Shown here piece after piece: positions 22,861 through 31,239 of a stretch of DNA of 37,376 nt. The stretch's first letter is position 1, and every line of letters starts with the position of its first letter. The DNA is taken from IMG/VR virus record IMGVR_UViG_3300045988_112792. One strand, 5' to 3'. Both the position numbers and the translations under genes were made by a program. Below the pieces are notes generated by a model. That model was not told the origin of the DNA, did not search any database, and was given only the letters and a program-made list of their open reading frames with translations. The DNA is from a virus.

Positions 22861-24579
22861 TCAAATGCCATCGTTTTTGAGCAGCGCGCCCAGCTGTTCA
22901 TACCACTTATCGCGCACCGTTAGCGCGTCTATCACGCTTACAAAGCCGTCGATGTGCGCCCGCGCGTCTATCTTGACCGGCTTCATTCGCCGCGTCTCCA
23001 GTTGCTGCTTTATCGCGGTGTTGAGCAGGTGCTGCTTGAGTAAGTTGTTGTCTCCGCAAAATTTTATCTGCCCGCCTTTAAGCAGGCCTTCAAAAATCAC
23101 CATTATGGGCGACAAGTTGTAGCCCTGATTTACGTCGTCCAGGCGATACCCCAGCGCCTCCATGTCCTTGACGAGGTTAGTCGCCATCCACCTGTCGTAC
23201 CCTATCATGGGCACGTATATCTCGTACTTTGTGCGCAGCTCCTCGTACCACGCGAGCACGTCGGCATAGTCCACATATGCGTCGCCGCTCAGGTGCAAAT
23301 GCCCCTGCTGCCGGTATATGTCGTATGGCACGCCCTCCGCGTCAATGTGGTCGTCCAGCGTTTCGGCGGGCATCCAAAACTGCGTAAAGACGTACAGCAC
23401 GCCCGCGCGCTCGATTACCACGCTCGCCGCCGTAAGGTCGGTGGTCTGGCTCAGGTCAAAGCCGCCCAGCGCATAGCACCCGCGAAAATCCTCCAGCGTC
23501 TTGTCCGACTGCGCATCCTCCACGTCGTCGTATCTTAACCACGCAATGGAAGCATTTTGTTTGACGTTGCAATATTTGCACATGTACTCGGCCTTAGCCG
23601 ATCTCGATGCTTCCGCAATCGCCGCCGCGTCCGCAAAAAACTCCGGCTGTACCGACACGCCCATGTTGGGGTTGGCCTTGCGCAGCTCGTCTATGTCGCG
23701 CCACTTGTCCGGGTCGTCTATCATGTACAGCAGCGGCAAAAGGTGCTTCTCGCGGCTGTTGCCGTTGAGCAGCGCCGTCGCGCGCTTGACCAGCTCGTCG
23801 TAAGGCCCATCGTTGACGTACCCCGCCGTGCTGATGGACAGTATCAGCGGTTGTCGCCGCGCGCCGATAGCCGATTTCATGACTTCGTACTGTTTTAGTC
23901 CTGTGGCTGCTGGCCACGCCGCGATCTCGTCATTGACCACGAGCAGCGGGTTGTAACCGTCGCTCTTGCGCGATGAGAATGCAAGCGGCTTTATCGATGT
24001 GTTGCTCTCCGCAATGTATAAGTCAGCACGTCGCTTTTTGATAAGCGCTTTAAGCTCCGGCTCCGCAAGGCACATCTGCCAAAAAGCTTTGTATACAAGC
24101 TCGCTCTGATCCAGCTTAGGCGCAAGGCAGTATATCTCCGCGCCGTACTCGCCGTCGATGTAGGCACAGCACGCGATGATCGCCGCCGCCAGCAGCGTCT
24201 TACCGTTTTTCCGCGCCACGATAACCACCACCTCGCGAAATACCCGGCACCCATCCTCGCCGACTATGCCAAAGATGGCCTGTACCATAGCGCGCTCCCA
24301 TAATTCCAGCTTGAGCAGGTCGTTGCGCCCGTTGCTGTGATGGCAAAAATTTTCCACGAATTTGACCGCGCGCGCGGCCTTGCGCACGTCGAACCTCCAG
24401 CGCCCCTTAGCCAGCCCGTCCGCAAGCCACGCATATGCCTTGCGCACATACTCGCCCACTATGACGTCGCCGCTAACTATCGCTTGATGGTAGTCCATCA
24501 CATAGTTGGGCGCGCGCGCCATCGCCCCGCGTCTTTTGTCCGCGCCCCCGGTGGCGCGTTCCGCCTTGTCTCCCTGCAT
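22861..24579 (-). CDS. terL: Terminase large subunit
   Basis: RBS AAGGAGGTG 7 nt before ATG 24579. Walker A-like VARKNGKT. 572 aa. Confidence 0.9.
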   Translation of the reverse strand: MQGDKAERATGGADKRRGAMARAPNYVMDYHQAIVSGDVIVGEYVRKAYAWLADGLAKGRWRFDVRKAARAVKFVENFCHHSNGRNDLLKLELWERAMVQAIFGIVGEDGCRVFREVVVIVARKNGKTLLAAAIIACCAYIDGEYGAEIYCLAPKLDQSELVYKAFWQMCLAEPELKALIKKRRADLYIAESNTSIKPLAFSSRKSDGYNPLLVVNDEIAAWPAATGLKQYEVMKSAIGARRQPLILSISTAGYVNDGPYDELVKRATALLNGNSREKHLLPLLYMIDDPDKWRDIDELRKANPNMGVSVQPEFFADAAAIAEASRSAKAEYMCKYCNVKQNASIAWLRYDDVEDAQSDKTLEDFRGCYALGGFDLSQTTDLTAASVVIERAGVLYVFTQFWMPAETLDDHIDAEGVPYDIYRQQGHLHLSGDAYVDYADVLAWYEELRTKYEIYVPMIGYDRWMATNLVKDMEALGYRLDDVNQGYNLSPIMVIFEGLLKGGQIKFCGDNNLLKQHLLNTAIKQQLETRRMKPVKIDARAHIDGFVSVIDALTVRDKWYEQLGALLKNDGI

Positions 24580-24607
24580 TCCGCGCCACCTCCTTTGTCT
24601 GCGCCGC

Positions 24608-24799
24608 TTAACGTCCCATGATGATCGCTGGCATTATAATCGCAGGCGTTATTGCGCTGATCGATGCTAGCCCAGTCTTACTTTGCGCCGCCATAAATTC
24701 GTCCGGGCTAATGATTGCTAACGTAATTTTCGCTGCTGCCAGCAGTATGTAAATTGCCACCAAGATTATCAGCCATTTGTCCAATTTGTCCAGCTTCAT
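24608..24799 (-). CDS. Small two-helix membrane protein
   Basis: RBS AAGGGGGG. Hydrophobic segments WLIILVAIYILLAAAKITLAII and ISAITPAIIMPAIIM. Confidence 0.6.
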   Translation of the reverse strand: MKLDKLDKWLIILVAIYILLAAAKITLAIISPDEFMAAQSKTGLASISAITPAIIMPAIIMGR

Positions 24800-24834
24800 T
24801 TTGCCCCCCTTATTTCATGGCGCTGCGGTCGCCC

Positions 24835-25041
24835 TTATGGCGCTATGGGTCTGATGGCCAACCCACCGACCGTGTTTACGTTGACCGTCGTCGCGGCGTT
24901 AGTCCGCGTCGCCCATCCGGTGATCGGCGTCCCATCCCACGTCGTATTGCTTAGCATCATTAGCAGCGCAATTACCAAAATCACATTGGCAACAAGCGCT
25001 GTTACCACTACCACCTCGAGCCAGTCTGTCATCATTTTCAA
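24835..25041 (-). CDS. Small membrane protein with a TM-NTTW motif
   Basis: RBS GAAAGGG. TM segment VVVVTALVANVILVIALLMML followed by SNTTWDG. Confidence 0.5.
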   Translation of the reverse strand: MKMMTDWLEVVVVTALVANVILVIALLMMLSNTTWDGTPITGWATRTNAATTVNVNTVGGLAIRPIAP

Positions 25042-25156
25042 CCCTTTCCGGTTCTGTGTCCCACCATGTCGTATTTCTTGTTATTAGCCCTATCGCGGCG
25101 AGACAAAGCACACTACCAATTAACATTATCAACATCATTTTGTTAGTCCTTCCCAT
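24899..25156 (-). CDS. Small membrane protein with a TM-NTTWW motif (overlaps 24835-25041 in another frame)
   Basis: RBS GGGAGGTG before ATG 25156. TM segment MMLIMLIGSVLCLAAIGLI followed by TRNTTWWD. The C-terminal 47 codons overlap the next ORF, so the true end is doubtful. Confidence 0.35.
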   Translation of the reverse strand: MGRTNKMMLIMLIGSVLCLAAIGLITRNTTWWDTEPERVENDDRLARGGSGNSACCQCDFGNCAANDAKQYDVGWDADHRMGDAD

Positions 25157-25583
25157 CGCCGCACCTCCCAGCATTATATCCTTGTGCCCGCCGCCGTCGC
25201 CCGTCTGCCCATCTTGCAGCAGCATTGACGGCGGGTCTTAGTCTGGCGTCGCCGCGCGCCGCGCATCAGCGTAGCGCACGGCAAGCCCTTTTATGCTGCC
25301 CACCATCATCGCCCGCCGCCTATTGTGCAGCGGCGTATGCGCCGGGCATCTTGTCCACATCTCCACGATTGCACACCGCTTTGATGGTTAGCTGCCGCCC
25401 CGCGGCAGTTGGCCGAACCTGCTCATCCCGCGCTCGTCCTATGTGGATTGGCGCATCCCCCGGACGGCCATGCGCAAGGCCGCCCGCCAATCGTTGCGCA
25501 TCACTGATTTAGTTCCGCGTGCTTATCCTCCAGCCGGGCGCGCGTTCCTCTCCATCGCGCGCCCGCCGTCAGCCTCGCCCGCT

Positions 25584-25952
25584 TCACTCTTCCATCAGCT
25601 TTTGCAGCGCCGACTGCTTCTTGGGCGCGGGCGGCGCAAGCTCGGCCAGCTGTCGTATGACAAGCGCATAATTCTTGACCATCGCGATATGTATCTTCAC
25701 TTCGGGCGTCTCCTTCGTCCCGCGCTGATTCTCGCCGTTCTGGTACTCGCACGTATATCCGCTGTCATTGATAATTTCTTCCAGCTCGGCCAGCGAAACC
25801 GCCAAAAACGCCGCGCGTTTGATCAATCCGTCCACGACTTTGCGCTTATTTTCGTCGATATTCTGGTATATCGCCGCAAGTCGCCGCGTCTCTTTCTTAA
25901 TCGCTTTATCTTTCACAATGTTACTAATATCTGCCGCACTTTTTTGCCCCAC
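25584..25952 (-). CDS. terS: Terminase small subunit (P27-like family)
   Basis: RBS AAAGGAGGGG then GTG 25952 (ORF track to 26003). ...LAELEEIINDSGYTCEYQNGENQRGTKETPEVKIHIAMVKNYALVIRQL resembles P27-type TerS. Adjacent to an HNH gene. Confidence 0.7.
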   Translation of the reverse strand: MGQKSAADISNIVKDKAIKKETRRLAAIYQNIDENKRKVVDGLIKRAAFLAVSLAELEEIINDSGYTCEYQNGENQRGTKETPEVKIHIAMVKNYALVIRQLAELAPPAPKKQSALQKLMEE

Positions 25953-26056
25953 TTTTCGCCCCTCCTTTCTCCACAATTTTCCCCGCCGATCTACACCCGT
26001 CACGCAATCCCCACACGGTATTTTGTGAGACCCCCGCTCCGGTGATTATCCACCCC

Positions 26057-26374
26057 CTACTCGTGGTCAGCAGGGGGGGATAGCGTGCCGTCGGCGCGCA
26101 AAGTGTATTGCGCGGCGCGGGCGCGTGGTGCTCGCCGACTGTGCTCGCGGTTGTGACAGTCGATGCACAGCGCCTCGAGGTTGTCCGGGTTGAGCGAGAC
26201 GCTCGCGTCGTCGATGTTGCGCGGCGTCAGGTACACCTTGTGATGGATGATCGCCGTCGCGTTGTACCTGCCGCGCCGTTTGCAGCGCTCGCATAGCGGA
26301 TGCTGCGCCCAGTATGCCGCGCGCAGCTCGTGCCACGCCCGGCTCGCGTAAAATTGCTTTGCCCAGTCTTTCAT
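26057..26374 (-). CDS. HNH endonuclease (packaging-associated)
   Basis: CERCKRRG ... IIHHKV ... NLEALCIDCHNREH, i.e. an HNH/zinc motif. Immediately upstream of TerS. Confidence 0.85.
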   Translation of the reverse strand: MKDWAKQFYASRAWHELRAAYWAQHPLCERCKRRGRYNATAIIHHKVYLTPRNIDDASVSLNPDNLEALCIDCHNREHSRRAPRARAAQYTLRADGTLSPPADHE

Positions 26375-26385
26375 TTGGATTTGCC

Positions 26386-26428
26386 TTTTACAAAATTCGG
26401 TTGGGCAGGTAGTCCGCCCAACCGAATT
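26386..26428 (-). terminator. Intrinsic terminator between the early operon and the packaging module
   Basis: AATTCGGTTGGGC ... GCCCAACCGAATT, a 13-bp perfect stem (26394-26406 / 26416-26428). TTTTGTAAAA follows on the minus strand. Confidence 0.8.
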
Positions 26429-26431
26429 GTA

Positions 26432-26830
26432 TCATCTGCTCGCCTGTGCGACCATGCAGTCAGTCGGGCGCGAATCGGGCAGTGCTTTGCCTTGCCTGCT
26501 TAGCTGCAGCGCAGCAGGCGCGCCAAAGATGCACACCGCCATGTCACTTACGATCTGACTGCGCCACCGCCTTGCCGTGCGCTCATCGTGCAGCAGGTCT
26601 CGTGCATCCATCGCGTCCGTGATCTGCTCCCATGTATAGTACTTGCCCGCGGGCAGTTGCTCCCCGTCCAGCCCGCGTCCAAAGTACCGCATCTGTATCA
26701 CGGGGTACTCGCGCCGCGCCGCATATGCCTTGACCACTTGCGCCAGCCTATCGTCGTGCATGTGCGGATAGTTATACAACAATAACTCTGTCGCCCTGAA
26801 GTAGTTAACTTCCTCGCCCCGCTTGCTCAT
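26432..26830 (-). CDS. ArpU/RinA-like late transcriptional regulator
   Basis: 132 aa. N-terminal ATELLLYNYPHM. Last early gene, directly upstream of HNH-terminase. RBS GGGAGGG. Confidence 0.5.
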   Translation of the reverse strand: MSKRGEEVNYFRATELLLYNYPHMHDDRLAQVVKAYAARREYPVIQMRYFGRGLDGEQLPAGKYYTWEQITDAMDARDLLHDERTARRWRSQIVSDMAVCIFGAPAALQLSRQGKALPDSRPTDCMVAQASR

Positions 26831-26845
26831 GTAAGCCCTCCCATG

Positions 26846-27268
26846 TCATACTGGCATCGCCTTGCCATCCTCCAGCGCAAGGTATCGCAGTATCACGCCT
26901 TGCGCATCCTCCGCGCCGTAGCATACCTGCGCATGATAGCCCTGCACGCCCAGCTCCACCAGCCACCACCTTTGACTGTCGCGCACGCGGCTGGCGCGCT
27001 GATCGCGGCGCTTAAGCTCGACGTATAAGCCATGATACTTGCCGCGCGCTACCGGCAGGCATATGTCGGGCACGCCCGGCTTGAGCCCCTCCGACTTGAG
27101 CCGCGCGCCCGTGCGCCATGTGCGCTTGCCCTCATTGGGCACGTGGTAAAGCAACTGCAGCTCCGGGTGCGCGCGCCGCATAAGCCCCGCCCACTCGAAG
27201 ATGTTGCGCTGCTCCGCCGCCTCGTGCGGGCAGGGCAGGGCGGCGCTGTTGTGCCTTTGCTTTTGCAT
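26846..27268 (-). CDS. VRR-NUC domain nuclease (PD-(D/E)xK)
   Basis: GVPDICLPVARGKYHGLYVELKRR matches the GxPD ... ExK core. Confidence 0.75.
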   Translation of the reverse strand: MQKQRHNSAALPCPHEAAEQRNIFEWAGLMRRAHPELQLLYHVPNEGKRTWRTGARLKSEGLKPGVPDICLPVARGKYHGLYVELKRRDQRASRVRDSQRWWLVELGVQGYHAQVCYGAEDAQGVILRYLALEDGKAMPV

Positions 27269-27280
27269 ATGTCGTCCCTC

Positions 27281-27640
27281 CTACTCCATACTCTTAATGC
27301 CTAGCCCGCGCCACGAAAAGTAAAAGTAATCGCGGCACTCCTTACACATACAGCTCGCGCTCTTGCACTTTGCGCACTCGCCATCCGCCGCGATGCACAT
27401 TAGCACCTCCATGTCGCCAGCACCCATGCAAGGCTTGTGCGCGCACACGGCGCACGGATTGCATATGGCCGCCTTGAGTATATCTGCGCCTGCGGCCATA
27501 TACAGCGCGCGCAGAAGTATCATGTTCAGCGCCGCGTTATCTTTGACCATCGCGCCGCAAACGTCGCATATATGCCGGTCTATCTGCTCGGGCGTCGCCA
27601 GCGGCGTACCGCACAAAAAACATTTGCCATTAGTCGTCAT
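27281..27640 (-). CDS. Cysteine-rich (zinc-ribbon-like) hypothetical protein
   Basis: CFLC ... CDVC, CNPCAVCAHKPC and CAKCKSASCMCKEC clusters. Confidence 0.6.
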   Translation of the reverse strand: MTTNGKCFLCGTPLATPEQIDRHICDVCGAMVKDNAALNMILLRALYMAAGADILKAAICNPCAVCAHKPCMGAGDMEVLMCIAADGECAKCKSASCMCKECRDYFYFSWRGLGIKSME

Positions 27641-28382
27641 GTCTTATCGCCTCCAGTATCTCACCGCATCTTTTTACTGCCGTATCATAGTAGCCTTTGT
27701 TCAGCTCAATCCCGATCGCCTTGCGCCCCTCTTGCAGCGCCGCGACGCACGTCGATCCCGAACCCATGCAAAAGTCCAGCACAGTATCGCCCGGATCGGT
27801 GTATGTGCGGATAAGATAAGCCAGCAGGTCGGTCGGCTTTTGTGTCGGATGTGCGCCGCGCTGCACCTCAAAGCCGCTTAAAACGTCCGTCGGATAACGC
27901 GAGCCATCGTTAACCGTTACGCTCGTGCCGTATGAGCGATAGTTAGTCGTAGTGTTCGCCGGGCACCTGCGTATATAGCGCTTGCCACCCGACTGCATTT
28001 GTGGGTTATACGTCGGCAAGCGCACATAAAAAGTCAGTATTAGTTCATGCGTGCGCATTGGCATTTTATGGCTGTTCAAAAAGCCCGTCGGGTTGCGCTT
28101 GCAGTAAACCCACTCATAGTGATACTCGCGTCGGTTGCTGTTTATCAGGTCGCTCGCAAACGGCTGCTGTGCAAAGAGCAGCGTCGCGGCGGCAGGCGTG
28201 CGCACGCGCCGGATATGCGGCCATATCGCATCCATGTCCATCACTTTGTCCCACGCATTGCTCGTCGTGTCAAACGGCGGGTCGGCCAGTATCAGGTGCA
28301 CGCTCTTGTCCTCCAGCGTCGGCAGTACCTCCATGCAGTCGCCGCATATCAGCGTCGCATCGCCGACTTGCGTAATCTCCAT
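27630..28382 (-). CDS. Orphan DNA methyltransferase (N6A/N4C, beta-class motif order)
   Basis: Motif IV ILADPPFD near the N-terminus and motif I VLDFCMGSGSTCVAA near the C-terminus. No adjacent restriction gene. Confidence 0.8.
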   Translation of the reverse strand: MEITQVGDATLICGDCMEVLPTLEDKSVHLILADPPFDTTSNAWDKVMDMDAIWPHIRRVRTPAAATLLFAQQPFASDLINSNRREYHYEWVYCKRNPTGFLNSHKMPMRTHELILTFYVRLPTYNPQMQSGGKRYIRRCPANTTTNYRSYGTSVTVNDGSRYPTDVLSGFEVQRGAHPTQKPTDLLAYLIRTYTDPGDTVLDFCMGSGSTCVAALQEGRKAIGIELNKGYYDTAVKRCGEILEAIRHDD

Positions 28383-28429
28383 ATGACATTTTGCCCCCCC
28401 TCACAGTTATTAATTAATATGCTTTTGTC

Positions 28430-29272
28430 TCAGTCCCGCACCATGCGCACATAGATATACGCGCCCGGAAAATCGCCCGCCGTGCGTATGTCCACGCTCA
28501 AAAATCGATAGCCCTTGTACAGCCGCTCGAAAATCTCCTTAGCCGCGCCCGGCAGGTCGGCGGCCATGCGCTCCACGCGGCGGCGGCTCAGCTTGTGATC
28601 GGCCACGGTCACGCGCGGCTGAATCAAATTGCGGCTGCACGTCCACGAGCGCCAGCGCGTCACGCCCGGCTTGCGCGTCATCGCGTGTACTCGCGCGCCC
28701 TTGACGATATACCTGGCCATACCCTCAAGGCCATAATCCGGGTCGGGCTGTAGTCGGCGCGTCTGCGCATACCCGTGCGGCCACATGCCCTCCAGCTCGT
28801 CCCGGTCAAGCCCGCCCGGCATCACGATATGGTGGTGCAGTCTGACCGTCTCGCCCTCGCCGTCGGCGTGCTCTATGGTGCCCAGATACTTGAGTTCCGG
28901 CAGGCCGCGTTTTTTGCGTAGTCGCTTAACTCGGTCAAGGTAGTTGCGCACGTCTTTGCGCGCCCGCTCCTGCTCCGGGCACTCGCCGCGATACGTAAGC
29001 GTCACCCACACGTCGCCCGCGCCGAAGTTGGCGTTGAGCAGCCGCGCCACCCGCCGCCAACGATTTGTGGCGTTGATGCGCTCCTGCGCCGCGCTCGTGA
29101 CTGCATTGCGCATCGCGCGCCGGGTCTCGCGGTTGATAACGATGGGGCAGGCGTTGACCTCCAGCGCCGCGCCCGACTTGATGGTCTGCGTGCGGTATCC
29201 GCTTACGCTGGTATGATCCAGCGGCGCGTCCGTCGGCTCGCTGTACAGCGCCTCAATCGTCTGCATATCCAT
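28430..29272 (-). CDS. HUH-superfamily rolling-circle replication initiator (Rep)
   Basis: Motif 1 VWVTLTY, motif 2 RLHHHIVM (HUH), motif 3 MARYIVKG (Y-x-x-K). Only recognisable replication gene in the genome. Confidence 0.65.
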   Translation of the reverse strand: MDMQTIEALYSEPTDAPLDHTSVSGYRTQTIKSGAALEVNACPIVINRETRRAMRNAVTSAAQERINATNRWRRVARLLNANFGAGDVWVTLTYRGECPEQERARKDVRNYLDRVKRLRKKRGLPELKYLGTIEHADGEGETVRLHHHIVMPGGLDRDELEGMWPHGYAQTRRLQPDPDYGLEGMARYIVKGARVHAMTRKPGVTRWRSWTCSRNLIQPRVTVADHKLSRRRVERMAADLPGAAKEIFERLYKGYRFLSVDIRTAGDFPGAYIYVRMVRD

Positions 29273-29287
29273 CGCTATCTTCCTTCC

Positions 29288-29318
29288 CGCGGGGGCGGCG
29301 CTATCGCCCGCCCCCGCG
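29288..29318. promoter_or_regulatory. 13-bp GC hairpin (one bulge, CTAT loop) just upstream of rep: candidate origin/nick-site hairpin
   Basis: CGCGGGGGCGGCG CTAT CGCCCGCCCCCGCG. Overlaps four C-tracts (29307-29327) that form a G4 motif on the minus strand. Confidence 0.45.
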
Positions 29319-29526
29319 CCCCCACCCTCACCGACTTGGGGTTACGGTCGGTATGAGCGGTTCTGCCAGCCTCCCGCTTATCCTCCCGCGCCCTCATGCC
29401 GTCATGCGAGTGTCCTTTTTTCTTTTTGCTGAATGTACGCACGTAAATTATTAATACAGATTACTAGCCCTCCCAGCACCCTGCGCGGGTGCTGGTTTTG
29501 TCGAGTACCTACTATATACTATATAT

Positions 29527-29760
29527 CTACTTGTGCTTGCCGCGCGCGTGCTGCAGTCTTACCCGCGCGCGCTCGTGCGTCGGCGTGTACGTGTCGCAGT
29601 CCCAGTTGAGCCGCTTGCTCTCCAGCCGCCGGTCGTACTCCGCGCGCCGGTCGGCGGCGTAGCGCTGATATGCGGCGCATTGGCCATGACACCCGACCGC
29701 CCGCGCGGGACAGTCGGGTGTGCACGGCGGCTGCATGTTACACAGCCGCATCGTCTTCAT
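29527..29760 (-). CDS. Small Cys-rich hypothetical protein
   Basis: RBS AAGGGGG. CNMQPPCTPDCPARAVGCHGQC. Confidence 0.6.
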   Translation of the reverse strand: MKTMRLCNMQPPCTPDCPARAVGCHGQCAAYQRYAADRRAEYDRRLESKRLNWDCDTYTPTHERARVRLQHARGKHK

Positions 29761-30223
29761 TTGTTTTTGCCCCCTTGTCAGCCATGTCGGCGGCGCGCAT
29801 GGGTATCATCGGGTCGAGTGCCCTTGCAATGTTGATAGTACCTTTAGCCGCCGCCGTGGTGCTCTCGTCGCGCGCGCGCTGCTGGCTGATAATGCGCTTG
29901 GCCTCAAATCCGCGTTTACCCAGCCGCATTATCAGGCGGCTGCCGTCGATAAGGTATACCGTCGTGCTCTCGACTAAGCCCTTGATAACGCATTGCGCCA
30001 CCTGCTCAATCGCGGTTACAGTCTCATCGTTCAGCAGGCCGTCGTCCAGTACGCCCGCCAACACCTCGTGCACAGCGACTATCATGCGCGCATGTATCGC
30101 GCCGCTGCAATGGCATTGTGCTGTCGCGCGCAGGTCGGCATCGCGCTGGCTTAAGTCGTCCTTTGCGCTTATGATTTGCGGCGATCCGCAAAAGACGCAG
30201 CAGCCCGTAAGTGCATTAATCAT
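29738..30223 (-). CDS. Hypothetical protein (161 aa)
   Basis: RBS GAGGAGG. N-terminal CCVFCGS ... CHCSG. Confidence 0.65.
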   Translation of the reverse strand: MINALTGCCVFCGSPQIISAKDDLSQRDADLRATAQCHCSGAIHARMIVAVHEVLAGVLDDGLLNDETVTAIEQVAQCVIKGLVESTTVYLIDGSRLIMRLGKRGFEAKRIISQQRARDESTTAAAKGTINIARALDPMIPMRAADMADKGAKTNEDDAAV

Positions 30224-30563
30224 TTTCGAGTACCTCCTCTAGCTCCTCTTTCTTTCTGCGATACCAAAGCGCTCTTTCAGCGTGCCCTTCCAAGTCGTTC
30301 ATAAAGCATCTGACCTCCATGATCTCGCAATAATCCCTCATTCTTTCCATGCCAAAATATTCCATCAGCAACCTAAAATTCGCTTCCGTCTCTGGCATAT
30401 CGCCAAAAAATGGAGTTGGCAATTTTTCTATCATTTTTCCATTTTCGTATTTCTGCATTAGGGCATATGCTACCCCTGCGATAAAGCTGCTGGCCAGTGC
30501 ATCGTCGGCATTCCGTGGCGTCTCGGGCTTGAACGTTTTAACTTGATTAAAGCAATCCGTCAT
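30216..30563 (-). CDS. Hypothetical protein (115 aa)
   Basis: RBS present. Lower GC than flanking DNA. Confidence 0.6.
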   Translation of the reverse strand: MTDCFNQVKTFKPETPRNADDALASSFIAGVAYALMQKYENGKMIEKLPTPFFGDMPETEANFRLLMEYFGMERMRDYCEIMEVRCFMNDLEGHAERALWYRRKKEELEEVLEND

Positions 30564-30889
30564 TTTTTACCGCCTTTCTTTTTGCCCTTGCTCAGCTCCG
30601 GCGAGCGGTAAACCCCGTCCCGCTTTTGACGCGCGATCTCATCTAACCGCTCGCCGTACTCGCTGTGCGCCCGCCACATCGCGCGGTCGTAGTAGCGCTG
30701 CTTGTCGCGCACCTCATCCAGCCACGTGCGGCGGTAGTAGTCCGCGTCCGCACGCGCGCCGTCCAAAGCGTCCTCCAGATACGCGACGCGCGCCTTGAGG
30801 CGGCGGATGATCTCGTTGGCGTTGTGAAGTTCAGTCACCATCTGCACCGGGATTTGCAGCTCTACGTCCTTGGTCATGCCCTGCATCAT
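30560..30889 (-). CDS. Coiled-coil hypothetical protein with a Lys-rich tail
   Basis: RBS AGGAGGGG. C-terminal KGKKKGGKK. Confidence 0.6.
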   Translation of the reverse strand: MMQGMTKDVELQIPVQMVTELHNANEIIRRLKARVAYLEDALDGARADADYYRRTWLDEVRDKQRYYDRAMWRAHSEYGERLDEIARQKRDGVYRSPELSKGKKKGGKK

Positions 30890-30890
30890 A

Positions 30891-31238
30891 TCAGTCCCCT
30901 CCTGTCAAAATCCACTTATATATCGTCGTTTTCTCGCGTCCAAACGCCTGCGCAATCGCGCCCAGCGACAGACCCTCGCGCATATGCAGCCGTCTGGCCA
31001 GCCGTTTTTCTTTTTCGCTTGCCCGGAAGGCGCTTGCGAAGCCGTACTGATCGTATGCGCGCCGTGCGCGCACCACCTGCCGGTTAAACTTTGCGTGCGC
31101 GGGGTCGATTGGTTTTTCTGCGCACTGCGCGGCGATTATGTCGCGCATGGTATCCTCATCCGTGCCATAGGCGCGCGCCACGTCGGCCATGGTGGCCGAC
31201 GTGCGGCAAAAAAGTATCGTCGCTTGTCGTGCCGTCAT
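30891..31238 (-). CDS. HTH DNA-binding protein
   Basis: RBS GGAG before ATG 31238. C-terminal LSLGAIAQAFGREKTTIYKWI. Confidence 0.6.
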   Translation of the reverse strand: MTARQATILFCRTSATMADVARAYGTDEDTMRDIIAAQCAEKPIDPAHAKFNRQVVRARRAYDQYGFASAFRASEKEKRLARRLHMREGLSLGAIAQAFGREKTTIYKWILTGGD

Positions 31239-31239
31239 A

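Noticed and set aside
25225-25752. ORFs 25225-25512 (+) and 25501-25752 (-) in the terS-terL spacer
   Set aside because: The + ORF is antisense to the operon, Pro/Ala/Arg-rich and lacks an RBS. The minus ORF overlaps TerS out of frame with an Arg/Ala-rich translation. Both are typical high-GC shadow ORFs.
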